Source: an uncultured Acidobacteriaceae bacterium
Lineage (GTDB): Bacteria > Acidobacteriota > Terriglobia > Terriglobales > Acidobacteriaceae
DNA length: 64,000 nucleotides
Direction: 5' to 3'
NCBI GenBank assembly: GCA_963763145.1
Contig: CAVXMZ010000010.1
Span: forward strand, 22,141 to 86,140
The notes under the pieces are model-generated. The model was not told the origin of the DNA, made no database searches, and saw only the letters and a program-made list of their open reading frames with translations. Positions 1 through 9,526 of the stretch are shown piece by piece. Position 1 is the stretch's first letter. Each line of letters starts with the position of its first letter. Both the position numbers and the translations under genes were made by a program.

Positions 1-3000
1 GCGAGCGCCATGTGCGAAGTGTGCAGGCCCGGCAGATTAATCTTGAGCGCAAAGTTCAATGCGCCGTGGTAGTCGCCTTTGCGGTAGGCATTGGAAAACA
101 GCGGAAACCAATACCATCCGGGGTGATGAGGATTGAGGTTTACTGCCTGTTCCACTAACCCGCAGCCGCGCTCCCATTCGCCCGCGTATGCGATATACGC
201 ACCTAATAAGGCGACGTTGCATCCGTCCATGGGGTTCAGCGCGATGGCCTTCTCCGCGGCGGTTCGGAACGCGTGCATCTCTTTTCGGGCGAACAGAACG
301 ATGGCCAGAGCCTGGTAGCCACGATGCCCGGCCGAGTCGAGCTCGACCGCTCGCCGCGCGGCCTGGAGCGCACGTTCCAAGGGCTCGGGCTTCGGATTGA
401 ATCCCATTTCATGCTCAGCCGTGTTGAGCAACGACAGCATGGCCCAGGCATACGCATAGTTCGGAGCCACTTGGACGGCCCGCTCCAGCGCGTCCCGCGC
501 CACCGCATGCTCCTCGGGGCTGACGCGCTCGGCATAACTGAAACCGCGCAACACCGCCTCATACGGGGTCAGCTGCTCGGGACTCTTGCTCCGGATCCCT
601 TCGCTCATGGTATGGGGCAGAATCCCGTGGGCATCGGCAATGGTGGAGACGATGCGCGGCACCAGCTCGTCCTGAAGTGCGAAAATCGCCTCCGGACTAA
701 AACTGCGCTCGTAGGTTTCAGCCCACAGATGGGCGCCCGAAACTGCGTCCACCAGTTGCACCGCCAGGCGCAGCTTGGTCCCCGCCTGGCGCAAACTGCC
801 TTCCATCACAAAGCGTGCGCCCAGCTCCGTGCCCGCCGAGCGCACGTCCACAGCGCCGCTGGCATAGCGAGCGGTCGAGCTTCGGGCGATGACCTTGAGA
901 TAGGAGAAACGCGACAGCCCAGTAACAATATCCTCGGTCAGCCCATCCGCCAGGGCCGTGAGGTCCGCATTGCTTCCGCTGTATTTGAACGGCAGCACCG
1001 CAACCCAGAAACCTTCCTCGGCGCGTGCGGCGCCGGAAGCGGGGACCGCTCCTGTACGCAACGTCGAGGAGCTTGGATGCGCTGGACTCTTCTGGTCCGT
1101 CATCGTTCCGGCTTCCGGAATCTCCAGCCCGGCTTTACGCAGTCCGTCGATCAGTTGCTCGATCAGTTCCGGGGCGTACCATTTGGCGTACTCCTGGCGC
1201 GCTGCGGCGGCGAAGTCAGGACGGAGGGCCAGCAGCTCCTCCAGGGCTTTCCGCGCGTCGTCTTGCCGGCCCATCTGGCCGAGCGCGGCCGCCCGCAACG
1301 CGTGGGTGTGGAAGTAGCTCGGCATGTTCACGCGAGCTGCGGCCTCTAGCACCTCCGCATATCTGCCCTGCCGGTAACCGTTGCAGCATCTGGCGAAATA
1401 GAAATATCCCGGACAGTTGGGATTCAGCTGCATTGCGGACTCCACTATCTCGCAACCGCGGTCCCACTCGCCCGCCGCGGCAATCAGCAAGCCAAGATAA
1501 GCTCGCACCGAGGCGTCCAGCGGATTGAGGGCCAGGGCCCGTTCCGCCTCGACGCGGAAGGAGACCGTCTCTTTACGGAAGAAATAGACCGTCGCCAGCG
1601 CGTAGTGGCCGAGAGCGTGGGTAGCAGCCAGATCCACGGCGCGCTGAGCGGCTGCCAGAGCGCGATCCAGCGAGTTAGGCCTGGCATTGAAGCCCTGCGC
1701 AAATTCGCCGCGATAGATCATGGACAACATGGCCCAGCTGTCGGCATGAGACGGAGCTTCGCGAACGGCGCGCTCGAGGATATCCCGAACGGCGGCATGT
1801 TCCTCGGGTGTGATGCGCGAAAAATAGCTGATGGCGCGCAGTACGGCCTCGTGCGGAGTCAACGAGTCTTCGCTCTTGCCGCGCATTGCTTCGCTCATAC
1901 TGCGTGGCAGAACACCGTACTGATCGGCAACGGAGGAGACGATACGGGGAACAAGGTCATCCTGTAGTGCAAAAATGTCATCCGCAGTGAAAGCGCGCTC
2001 GTAAGTTTCGGCCCAGAGATGCGCTCCGCTGGTCGCATCGACAAGTTGAACGGCGAGGCGCAGCTTGGTTCCCGCCTGGCGCAAGCTGCCTTCCATCACA
2101 TAACGCGCCTCCAGTTCCTTGCCCACCGTCCGCAAATCGGTTGCCTGATTTGCATATCGTAACGTCGATCCGCGTGCGATCACCCGCAGATAAGAGAATC
2201 GCGACAATCCCGTTACGACGTCTTCCGAGAGGGCGTCAGCTAACGCGGTGATTTCAGCGTTGCCGCCGCTGTACTTGAAGGGCAGCACTGCGACCCAGAA
2301 ACCTTCGTCGGCGCGCGTAGCGCCCGACCCCACCGCAGCCACGGCGTGCGCAGTCGAAGTCCTCGCTGGCCCTGTCTTATGTGAAATTTCTCGCGCCATA
2401 TCGCGAAACTCGTTGCTGACGTCCCGCGCCGTCTGCAGGCGGTGCCGGGGATCTTTCTCCAGGCAGCGCCGAACGATGCGCGCCAGATCGCCAGGCAGGT
2501 CCGACCGCAAGTCTGTAACGGACGGGGGCGTATCCCGCAGAATCGCGGAGATCAATTCCGCCGAAGAAGTTCCGTCGAACGGGCGCCGGCCCGTCGCCAT
2601 CTCGTGAAGCATGATGCCCAGCGAGAAAATGTCGGTGCGGTGGTCGAGCGGGCGGCCGGAAGTTTGTTCAGGGGACATATAGGCCGGCGTCCCCATCACC
2701 ATGCCGGCTTCCGTTCGGTTGGCCGACGTCATGGTTGCGTTGCCGGGATCGAAGCCGCGAACATCCTTGGCCAACCCGAAGTCCAATACCTTGACGCGGC
2801 CATCGCTCGTCACCATTACATTGGCCGGCTTCAAGTCGCGGTGCACGATGCCTTTGTCGTGCGCCGCTGCCAGCGCGTCGCCCAGCGCGCTCGCAATCTC
2901 GACTATTCGTTCTACTGGCAGTCCTCCCTGGGGAATCAGGCGATCGAGCGGCTGGCCTTCCACTAATTGCATGGTCAGGAAGTGAATGCCGTCAGACTCC

Positions 3001-3236
3001 TCTACCGAATGGATGGTGACGATGTTCGGATGGTCGAGTTGGGCAAGCGTCTTGGCCTCGCGGCGAAAGCGCGCCAGTCGCTCCGGATCGCCCGCCATCT
3101 CGGCGGGCAACACCTTGAGCGCGACATCCCGGCCAAGCTTCGTATCGGTGGCGCGATACACCTCACCCATGCCACCCGCGCCTAGCGGCGCCTGAATTTC
3201 ATACAGGCCGAGCTTTGTTCCGGAAGCGAGCACCAT
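1..3236 (-). CDS. Hanks-type Ser/Thr protein kinase followed by two tandem copies of an LPF-motif + TPR-like sensor module; C-terminus lies beyond the left window edge (partial)
   Basis: Absent from the ORF track because no stop codon falls inside the window. Reverse translation from ATG at 3236-3234 gives MVLASGTKLGLYEIQAPLGAGGMGEVYRATD..., with HRDLKPAN, DFG and GTPAYMSPE kinase motifs. The block EGFWVAVLPFKYSG...LWAETYE...helical TPR-like region then occurs twice (about nt 2320-1030 and 1029-1). The frame stays open to nt 1. Confidence 0.85.
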   Translation of the reverse strand, partial: MVLASGTKLGLYEIQAPLGAGGMGEVYRATDTKLGRDVALKVLPAEMAGDPERLARFRREAKTLAQLDHPNIVTIHSVEESDGIHFLTMQLVEGQPLDRLIPQGGLPVERIVEIASALGDALAAAHDKGIVHRDLKPANVMVTSDGRVKVLDFGLAKDVRGFDPGNATMTSANRTEAGMVMGTPAYMSPEQTSGRPLDHRTDIFSLGIMLHEMATGRRPFDGTSSAELISAILRDTPPSVTDLRSDLPGDLARIVRRCLEKDPRHRLQTARDVSNEFRDMAREISHKTGPARTSTAHAVAAVGSGATRADEGFWVAVLPFKYSGGNAEITALADALSEDVVTGLSRFSYLRVIARGSTLRYANQATDLRTVGKELEARYVMEGSLRQAGTKLRLAVQLVDATSGAHLWAETYERAFTADDIFALQDDLVPRIVSSVADQYGVLPRSMSEAMRGKSEDSLTPHEAVLRAISYFSRITPEEHAAVRDILERAVREAPSHADSWAMLSMIYRGEFAQGFNARPNSLDRALAAAQRAVDLAATHALGHYALATVYFFRKETVSFRVEAERALALNPLDASVRAYLGLLIAAAGEWDRGCEIVESAMQLNPNCPGYFYFARCCNGYRQGRYAEVLEAAARVNMPSYFHTHALRAAALGQMGRQDDARKALEELLALRPDFAAAARQEYAKWYAPELIEQLIDGLRKAGLEIPEAGTMTDQKSPAHPSSSTLRTGAVPASGAARAEEGFWVAVLPFKYSGSNADLTALADGLTEDIVTGLSRFSYLKVIARSSTARYASGAVDVRSAGTELGARFVMEGSLRQAGTKLRLAVQLVDAVSGAHLWAETYERSFSPEAIFALQDELVPRIVSTIADAHGILPHTMSEGIRSKSPEQLTPYEAVLRGFSYAERVSPEEHAVARDALERAVQVAPNYAYAWAMLSLLNTAEHEMGFNPKPEPLERALQAARRAVELDSAGHRGYQALAIVLFARKEMHAFRTAAEKAIALNPMDGCNVALLGAYIAYAGEWERGCGLVEQAVNLNPHHPGWYWFPLFSNAYRKGDYHGALNFALKINLPGLHTSHMAL

Positions 3237-3247
3237 GAGTGGCACCG

Positions 3248-3276
3248 ATTATAACCTCGGAATCCCTTGCTGTTTA
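3248..3276 (-). promoter_or_regulatory. Candidate sigma70-type promoter of the left kinase gene (TAAACA-17 nt-TATAAT)
   Basis: On the minus strand, TATAAT (3253-3248) lies 11 nt upstream of the ATG at 3236, and TAAACA (3276-3271) lies 17 nt further upstream. This would give a very short or absent 5' leader. Pattern match only. Confidence 0.3.
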
Positions 3277-3483
3277 TGTTTCAGCTCCAGGTAGACGAAG
3301 CCTTGAGGCGAGAACCAGTGAGTCTCCAGAGTTGCGCCTCCGGAAATTGGTCCCGGGAAATGCCCCAGCAGCGATAGTCCGATTGGGGAGACAAGCCGCC
3401 TCTGAGGAGTAACTTCCCACTTGCCGGTTTTCTGGCTAAGTACGGCCGGCCGACCGCCGACAGTCTGAACAGTTGAGCGCAAA

Positions 3484-3512
3484 TTGACTGCCCGTCGTTA
3501 GCGCCCTATCAT
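3484..3512 (+). promoter_or_regulatory. Candidate sigma70-type promoter of the right kinase gene (TTGACT-17 nt-TATCAT)
   Basis: TTGACT at 3484-3489, a 17-nt spacer, and TATCAT at 3507-3512, 26 nt upstream of the ATG at 3539. Pattern match only. Confidence 0.35.
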
Positions 3513-3538
3513 CAGGGATTCATTACCCTGCTCGGAAC

Positions 3539-5875
3539 ATGATCGACACCACAATCTCGCACTATCGCATCGTCGAAAAGCTCGGCGGCGGTGGTATGGG
3601 TGTTGTGTACAAGGCTGAGGATACCGAGCTTGGCCGCTTCGTTGCCCTCAAGTTCCTGCCCGACGAGCTTTCGCAGGACCCGGCAGCCCTGGAACGCTTT
3701 CGCCGCGAGGCGCGAGCTGCGTCCGCGCTCAACCATCCCAACATTTGCACCATCTACGAAATCGGCAAACATGGCGAGCAGTCGTTCATCGCCATGGAGT
3801 TTCTGGACGGCGTAACCCTGAAACATCTGATCGCCGGGAAACCGTTAGACACCGAGACTGTGCTCGATCTGGCCATTGAGATTGCCGACGGGTTGGATGC
3901 CGCGCACGCCGAAGGAATCATCCATCGCGACATCAAACCCGCCAACATCTTTGTCACCAAGCGTGGTCACGCCAAGATTCTCGATTTCGGGCTGGCCAAG
4001 GTCGCGCTGGGGGCCCGTTCGCCGAACAATATGGCTGGTGTCAGCACCATGCCCACCGACGAACAGCACCTCACCAGCCCAGGTTCTACGCTGGGCACTG
4101 TTGCCTATATGTCGCCGGAACAGGCGCGCGGGAAAGAACTGGACGCAAGGAGCGACTTGTTCTCCTTCGGGGCAGTGCTGTATGAGATGACGACGGGCAT
4201 GCTGCCGTTTCGCGGAGAGAGTTCTGCTGTCATCTTCAAAGCCATTCTGGATGGGGCGCCAACCTCAGCGGTGCGGCTGAATCCTGAAGTGCCGGCCGAT
4301 CTGGAACGCATCATCCAGAAGGCCCTGGAGAAAGACCGGGATTTGCGTTACCAGCATGCGTCCGAAATGCGCGCAGACCTCAAGCGGCTGAATCGGGAAA
4401 CCGAATCGGGGAAATCCGTCGCTGTATCGCCGGCCGCTAGCTTTGGAACTTCAGTCCGCAAGGTTTGGATCGCGGCAATTGTTGTCTTGCTCATGGCCGC
4501 GGCGGCAGTTGGTATTTGGTACTGGCGCACTAAGGCCTCTGCTCCGCAAATCACATCCATCGCCGTGCTTCCCTTCGTCAACGCCACTTCTGACCCAAAT
4601 AACGAATACCTCAGCGATGGCCTGACCGAGAGCCTGATCGGCACTCTTTCTCAATTGCCAAACATCAAAGTCATGGCCCGCAGCACGGTTTTCCGCTTCA
4701 AAGGAAAAGAGGATGACCCGCGCCAGATTGGCCAGACGCTCAAGGTTGGCGCCGTTCTTATGGGCCGCGTCACGCAGCATGGCGACGAAGTGGGTGTCGA
4801 TGCCGACCTGGTCGATACCGCCGATGGCACGGAACTGTGGGGCTCGCACTACGTTCGCAAGCTGGCCGACGTCACCGAAGTGCAGGGCGAGATCACTCGC
4901 GATATTTCCAACAGCCTGCGAATCCACCTGACCGGCAACGAGCAACAGCGGCTGGGCCGCGCCGGAACCACCAACCCGGAAGCCTACCGCCTGTACCTCG
5001 AAGGGCGCCAGCTTTGGTATGGACGCACTCCGGAGGGCATCCAGAAAAGCATTGGTTTATTCCAGCAGGCAATTGCCGCCGACCCCAACTACGCGCTCGC
5101 TTACGCAGGGCTTGCCGACACCTATAACATTGCCCCCAGCTATATTCCACTACCGTCAAAGCAGGCGGAACTGCTGGCCGACGAAGCGGCGCGTAAAGCT
5201 CTCGAACTCGACGACACGCTGCCCGAGGCGCACACCGCGCACGCTATCGCGCTGGCCAATGAGTGGAAATGGAAGGAGGCGGAGTCCGAATTTCGCCGGG
5301 CCATCGAGTTAAACCCCAACAACGCCACTGCCCGGTATTTCTATGCCATGACCTATCTGGCTCCCCAAAATCGCAACGACGAGGCGCTGGAGCAGTATCG
5401 AATTGCCTTGTCGCTCGACCCGCTTTCCTCGATCGTGAACACAAACTACGCCTTGATGTTGATGCAGGCGCGGCGCTATCCCGAATCGCTCGCGCAATTC
5501 CAGAAAGTTCTTGCACGAGACCCAAACTTCAATCCGGCGCATTACAAGCTGGGGCAGCTGTATGCCAACACCGGCCGTTTTGCGGATGCGGTAAATGAAA
5601 TTCGGCAAATAATTTCGAAGCCGGTCTCCGCCAGCCCCGACGCCAAGGGCTATCTCGCCCTCACACTGGCGATGACCGACTCGGATCGCTCGGCCGCCGT
5701 GGCCGTCGCAGCCGCTCTCGCTGGAGATCGTAATCAGGCATTCGAATATCTGGAGAAAGCATATTCTGACGGAGACAACGAATTGCTCTTCGTCATTCGC
5801 TTCCCCGCGCTGGACCAGCTTCGCACCGATCCCCGCTTTAAGGACCTGATGCGCCGTCTCGGACTTCCCGAGTAA
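3539..5875 (+). CDS. Ser/Thr protein kinase with one transmembrane segment, an LPF-motif domain and C-terminal TPR repeats
   Basis: 778-aa ORF. Kinase motifs are [27 protein letters not shown] and [11 protein letters not shown] hydrophobic segment follows ([21 protein letters not shown]), then [12 protein letters not shown]...LWGSHY, then multiple TPR-like repeats ([33 protein letters not shown] and others). Confidence 0.9.
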   Translation: MIDTTISHYRIVEKLGGGGMGVVYKAEDTELGRFVALKFLPDELSQDPAALERFRREARAASALNHPNICTIYEIGKHGEQSFIAMEFLDGVTLKHLIAGKPLDTETVLDLAIEIADGLDAAHAEGIIHRDIKPANIFVTKRGHAKILDFGLAKVALGARSPNNMAGVSTMPTDEQHLTSPGSTLGTVAYMSPEQARGKELDARSDLFSFGAVLYEMTTGMLPFRGESSAVIFKAILDGAPTSAVRLNPEVPADLERIIQKALEKDRDLRYQHASEMRADLKRLNRETESGKSVAVSPAASFGTSVRKVWIAAIVVLLMAAAAVGIWYWRTKASAPQITSIAVLPFVNATSDPNNEYLSDGLTESLIGTLSQLPNIKVMARSTVFRFKGKEDDPRQIGQTLKVGAVLMGRVTQHGDEVGVDADLVDTADGTELWGSHYVRKLADVTEVQGEITRDISNSLRIHLTGNEQQRLGRAGTTNPEAYRLYLEGRQLWYGRTPEGIQKSIGLFQQAIAADPNYALAYAGLADTYNIAPSYIPLPSKQAELLADEAARKALELDDTLPEAHTAHAIALANEWKWKEAESEFRRAIELNPNNATARYFYAMTYLAPQNRNDEALEQYRIALSLDPLSSIVNTNYALMLMQARRYPESLAQFQKVLARDPNFNPAHYKLGQLYANTGRFADAVNEIRQIISKPVSASPDAKGYLALTLAMTDSDRSAAVAVAAALAGDRNQAFEYLEKAYSDGDNELLFVIRFPALDQLRTDPRFKDLMRRLGLPE

Positions 5876-6051
5876 GGCTAGCCCAATCGGAAAGCGGACC
5901 GACTCGTTGAACTCTCGCCAATGTTTCTGGGCGGTTGCCGGGCAAACAGGCAGTTAACGGCGCATGCAGCACGGCGTGAGACTCGTCGGCAGCAGTCCGC
6001 CAAAGAACGAATTCCTAATGAAGCTGTGATTAATCCGGGTTTTGAAAGGGC

Positions 6052-6246
6052 ACGGCTTCACAGGCCGTTGAAAAAGCCGGAATTTCGGCCCTTTCCGGTA
6101 GAGCTAGCCTTCAGGCTGGCGTTCTAAGTCCTTTCTTTCATCTGCGAGTCGGCTTCAGCCGACGGGACAACCGGTTCTTAGCCGACTTTTTCAACAGCCT
6201 GTTCAGCAGTGTAGCAAGCATCGGAAAATCAATAGGGCTTTAGCCC
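6052..6246. repeat. Cluster of small GC stem / TTCA-loop hairpins (REP-like), plus a 17-nt imperfect inverted repeat bracketing about 135 nt
   Basis: Hairpins: ACGGC-ttcacag-GCCGT (6052-6068), CTAGCC-ttca-GGCTGG (6104-6119), GTCGGC-ttca-GCCGAC (6148-6163) and GGGC-ttta-GCCC (6235-6246). The inverted repeat GCCGTTGAAAAAGCCGG (6064-6080) matches 6182-6198 at 15/17. The cluster sits in a convergent intergenic region. A related AGTCGGTTCAGCCG motif is at 9616-9629. Confidence 0.5.
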
Positions 6247-6298
6247 CTGCGGCAAGTTCGGCAAGTTAATCAGAGTTTCTAAAGTGATCCCCGTCCGC

Positions 6299-8713
6299 TC
6301 AGCTGAACCAGTACGGCGTTTTTGTTGTCCACTCCGACTTGGGATACTTTCGATGCAGCAGATCGAATGCTTCCCGGCTGTATGGGCCGATCGATTGATC
6401 GACGCAGCCGTATCGGGTAGAACGCACGAAATAATGCAGCGCTTCCGGAACGCGGGGATCGTCAGGATGCGCTTTTGCCCAGTCGAGCACCGCTGGAGCG
6501 AAGTACAACGGAGCGGGGCCAATCGCCGACAGCTTGCGCCACTCCCGCTCGCCGGCTTCTCTTTCCAGCGGCGTCAACCATGACGGCGCGGGCGGAAGCG
6601 CGAGCTTCGGCTTCGAATGCGCTCCCGATGCGTCAGACCAGAATGGGCTCTGATACGACCGGTGCTCCTGGTCTCCGCCGACGTCATAGCACCACCAGCT
6701 ACCCGATGAGATCGCGTCGCTGGTCTCTTTGCCAATCACATCTCCCATTCCCATTGCGTTAACGAAGGGCTGCATGCCAGGGAAGCGCATCAGCATGAAC
6801 ACCAGGGCGAAGCGCCGCGCCCGCGGCGAATCGGCGCGGTCATATTGCTCCACGTAGCTGTGCGCCTGCGGAAACTTCGCCAGCAGGTGCGGCTCCAGCT
6901 CGTGCGCTGTGGTTGTATCGTCGAGAATTGCCGCCCGCAACCAAGTGCGCGCCGCCACTTGGTCGCGCAGGTTCGCGGGCAGCGTTTTTCCATTAGCGGC
7001 CTGCACCAGCATGGACAGCGGCAGGCGCTGGTTAAAGATTTCCACCGAATCGAAGTCCAGCTCTTGCGGCGCTTCGGTCTGCACCCCGCTGTAACTGCTG
7101 CACTTTCCGTTAAGACAGTAGTAATCGCCGTAACCGATCTGCAATATGGTGCGCGGCGCAAAGCGCAGAAATTCCTCATAGCTGATGGCCACGGCAAAAC
7201 GCTGTGCAAGAAATGCGTTCCGGTTCGAGGGCGACTCCTTATCGATACGCCCCCAGTTCGCGTCCAGCAGGTTGCGCGCCTGCTGACTCTTGTTTTCCTC
7301 CTCCAGCAGGCGGACCCAGTGATACAGCGCCGTCTGGTACGCGGGCGAGTCTGCGCCAATGGTCGCCGCCGCTCGCTCCAGTTCGGCCGTGTGAGAATCG
7401 CCGGCACGCATTGTCGCTAGCGCGCTCAGCAACCACGGCGTGGATTTCGTCGCCTGCCAGCGCTCGAAGCGGTACTGCCTGGTCTGCGCATCGTCGAGCT
7501 GAAACGTGAGCACCCAATCGGTCAGGTCATCGAAGCTTTGGGAATTGTTGGCCTCGGCTCGCCATTGATTCGCCGGCAAGTCTTCTCTGAACTTCGACGT
7601 GTCGACAGGCACCCCCGGACGGGCTTCCGTTGCTTGCTTCAGTTCTGCGTTCCATACCCCTTGCAACATGCGATCGAGCAGGAAGGTGTAGTCGAAAAGA
7701 TCGCAATCGAAGTTCTCGCCGGCCCCGGACGCAAGCTGCCCGGCAATTGCGTGCAACCTCTGCGCGGGATGCAGTCGTGCCTCCACATAGTCGAGCAGTC
7801 TCTGCGCCGCCGGATGCATGCCGGCCAGCGACTTGTCGGCCAGGATGGCCTGTAGACGCTCTTCAGCGGCCTGCATCGGCTCGGGCAAGAAAGTGCCCTC
7901 GTCCTTGCTCCCGAGCGTCGCTTTGCGGATATAGCATCGCGCCACCAGGTACGGCGCCAGCGTGTGCCATGGCGAATCCTTCTCGCCCGCGATTTCCTCA
8001 AATTCGCTGACCGCGCTGTCCAGATTCTCGGCGTAGAAGTTGGCCGCAGCCATCTGGTACTGCCGGTCGAGTTTCAGTAGCGCATTGTCCACGGTTGCGG
8101 GAGGCGGCAAATGCAGGGTCGGGAGCGGCCGCTTTTCGTCCGGACGGTAATAGTGATGATCCGCAGCGCCGCCGCAGTTCTGGAAGACCGCGTCCTGACC
8201 GGCAACCCATTCGCGCATGAGTGCCGAGGCAATGCCAAATGTTTGTGCCCGGCTCATCGCGATGGCAGAGGCATTGATAAACGCATCGTCCCCGCAATTG
8301 GGATACTCCGCGAAGCCGTTCCTTCGGTACCGCTGGGTGTCCGTCTTCTGCACCTCCTTCAGCCCCAGCACGTAGCTGCGGGCCTTCAGCCATGCCGTTA
8401 CCGGAGGATCAGGATCGTACGGCGCGCCCGGTGGAGTGACTTGGGGTACTGCGTCATCTCCCAGGCTGTGGCGCTCTTGCGCGCTCAGCGGTCTTTGCTC
8501 CAGGTAACGATAGGCAATCACCAGGTAGCGCCGGTCAAACTTGGGCCACAGGATGCCGAGCTTGCCTCCATCGAAGGCTTTCATAGGCCCGTCTGGCTGG
8601 CGCTTCAGAACGAATGTCGCCTCCACCCAACCGCCGGACGAAAGGATGTTGGGTGGAACCAGCAACACGCCGAGCAGCAGAAGTCCCAGCGCAAGACGCG
8701 GCCTCAGCTTCAT
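6299..8713 (-). CDS. Large secreted protein of unknown function (about 804 aa)
   Basis: Long ORF. I prefer the start MKLRPRLALGLLLLGVLLVPP (signal-peptide-like) at 8713 because its ATG overlaps the upstream gene's stop as ATGA. I recognised no motif. Confidence 0.7.
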   Translation of the reverse strand: MKLRPRLALGLLLLGVLLVPPNILSSGGWVEATFVLKRQPDGPMKAFDGGKLGILWPKFDRRYLVIAYRYLEQRPLSAQERHSLGDDAVPQVTPPGAPYDPDPPVTAWLKARSYVLGLKEVQKTDTQRYRRNGFAEYPNCGDDAFINASAIAMSRAQTFGIASALMREWVAGQDAVFQNCGGAADHHYYRPDEKRPLPTLHLPPPATVDNALLKLDRQYQMAAANFYAENLDSAVSEFEEIAGEKDSPWHTLAPYLVARCYIRKATLGSKDEGTFLPEPMQAAEERLQAILADKSLAGMHPAAQRLLDYVEARLHPAQRLHAIAGQLASGAGENFDCDLFDYTFLLDRMLQGVWNAELKQATEARPGVPVDTSKFREDLPANQWRAEANNSQSFDDLTDWVLTFQLDDAQTRQYRFERWQATKSTPWLLSALATMRAGDSHTAELERAAATIGADSPAYQTALYHWVRLLEEENKSQQARNLLDANWGRIDKESPSNRNAFLAQRFAVAISYEEFLRFAPRTILQIGYGDYYCLNGKCSSYSGVQTEAPQELDFDSVEIFNQRLPLSMLVQAANGKTLPANLRDQVAARTWLRAAILDDTTTAHELEPHLLAKFPQAHSYVEQYDRADSPRARRFALVFMLMRFPGMQPFVNAMGMGDVIGKETSDAISSGSWWCYDVGGDQEHRSYQSPFWSDASGAHSKPKLALPPAPSWLTPLEREAGEREWRKLSAIGPAPLYFAPAVLDWAKAHPDDPRVPEALHYFVRSTRYGCVDQSIGPYSREAFDLLHRKYPKSEWTTKTPYWFS

Positions 8714-9477
8714 GGCTCTAACCTCCGCTGGACCGCGGCAAAACTCTCCGCAGTCCAGGCCCGCGGATGAAAGACGTACACATGCCGGCGCAACAGCGGC
8801 GGCGCAGGCCACGGCTCGTCAGTGGAGACGCCCACACTGCCCCGGCAGAGCGGCTCGCGAAAGTCCTCGCCCAGGGCCAGCGATTGCATAATGTCCGCGC
8901 GGTCCGCCCCCATGCGGAACAGCATGGGCACGGCCTCGGCAATAGGCAGGCCACTCATCCAGTCATCGCCCATGCACCACGAGCCCAGCGCAGTAATGGA
9001 GAGCGGTATCGAAGCAGGCAACCGCCGCCGCACATCGCTGATCAGGGCGCGATAAAAGTCGTGCTGCGAACGCGTGGCGTCAAGGTCGATCTGTAGCGCA
9101 GAAGCCTGGGGGGCGGTGGACAGTCGCACGATTTGCTCGGCCAGCCGGGCGCGATATTCGTCCGCGAAAACCGCAGGCGTACTCTTCGTAGGTTCCAGCC
9201 GGACAACGGCTGTGACCGGCGTATGTTCGCCCACGCGGAGCGGTTGCAGCCGCGGGCGCACCACCGGTGATTGCTCCAGGTACACCGAGCCGGCCAGATA
9301 GGCCACTCCCACATTGTCAGAGTGAAGGAAGCGCAGGTCTTCCGGACGCTCCCACGCCCAGAGCGTCAGCTGCGGCGTCGTTCGTGCCCCGCCAGGCCGC
9401 CAAAGCGCACCAACTCCACTGATCACCAGTAGCGCGAGTAGTGCAGCCCACCGTGCAGGCTTGTGCAAAAGCGACAT
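8710..9477 (-). CDS. Membrane-anchored or secreted protein of unknown function (about 255 aa)
   Basis: The ORF has an N-terminal hydrophobic segment (MSLLHKPARWAALLALLVISGVGALW). The upstream in-frame ATG at 9510 lies inside the candidate promoter, so the start at 9477 is preferred. A 4-nt ATGA overlap couples it to the downstream gene. Confidence 0.6.
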   Translation of the reverse strand: MSLLHKPARWAALLALLVISGVGALWRPGGARTTPQLTLWAWERPEDLRFLHSDNVGVAYLAGSVYLEQSPVVRPRLQPLRVGEHTPVTAVVRLEPTKSTPAVFADEYRARLAEQIVRLSTAPQASALQIDLDATRSQHDFYRALISDVRRRLPASIPLSITALGSWCMGDDWMSGLPIAEAVPMLFRMGADRADIMQSLALGEDFREPLCRGSVGVSTDEPWPAPPLLRRHVYVFHPRAWTAESFAAVQRRLEP

Positions 9478-9497
9478 GGCCGTTGGGAGAACGCAAG

Positions 9498-9526
9498 ACT
9501 GTAGTCCCATTTCTGTGCAGAGTCAA
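9498..9526 (-). promoter_or_regulatory. Candidate promoter (TTGACT-17 nt-TACAGT) for the two-gene operon 9477->6299
   Basis: Minus strand: TTGACT at 9526-9521, a 17-nt spacer, and TACAGT at 9503-9498, about 20 nt upstream of the ATG at 9477. Pattern match only. Confidence 0.35.

Noticed and set aside
273-1349. 358-aa plus-strand ORF (and neighbours 133..318, 958..1317, 1025..1528, 1605..1967, 2248..2607, 2442..2966 and others).
   Set aside because: These are antisense or frame-shifted shadows of the real minus-strand kinase gene (1..3236). Their compositions are Arg/Ala/Gly-rich and low in complexity, and they carry no motifs. The opposite strand encodes clear kinase and TPR motifs.
3249-3482. 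77-aa minus-strand ORF in the intergenic region between the two kinase genes.
   Set aside because: It has no RBS and no recognisable motif. It overlaps both candidate promoters and ends 12 nt before the kinase ATG. It is most likely non-coding spacer.
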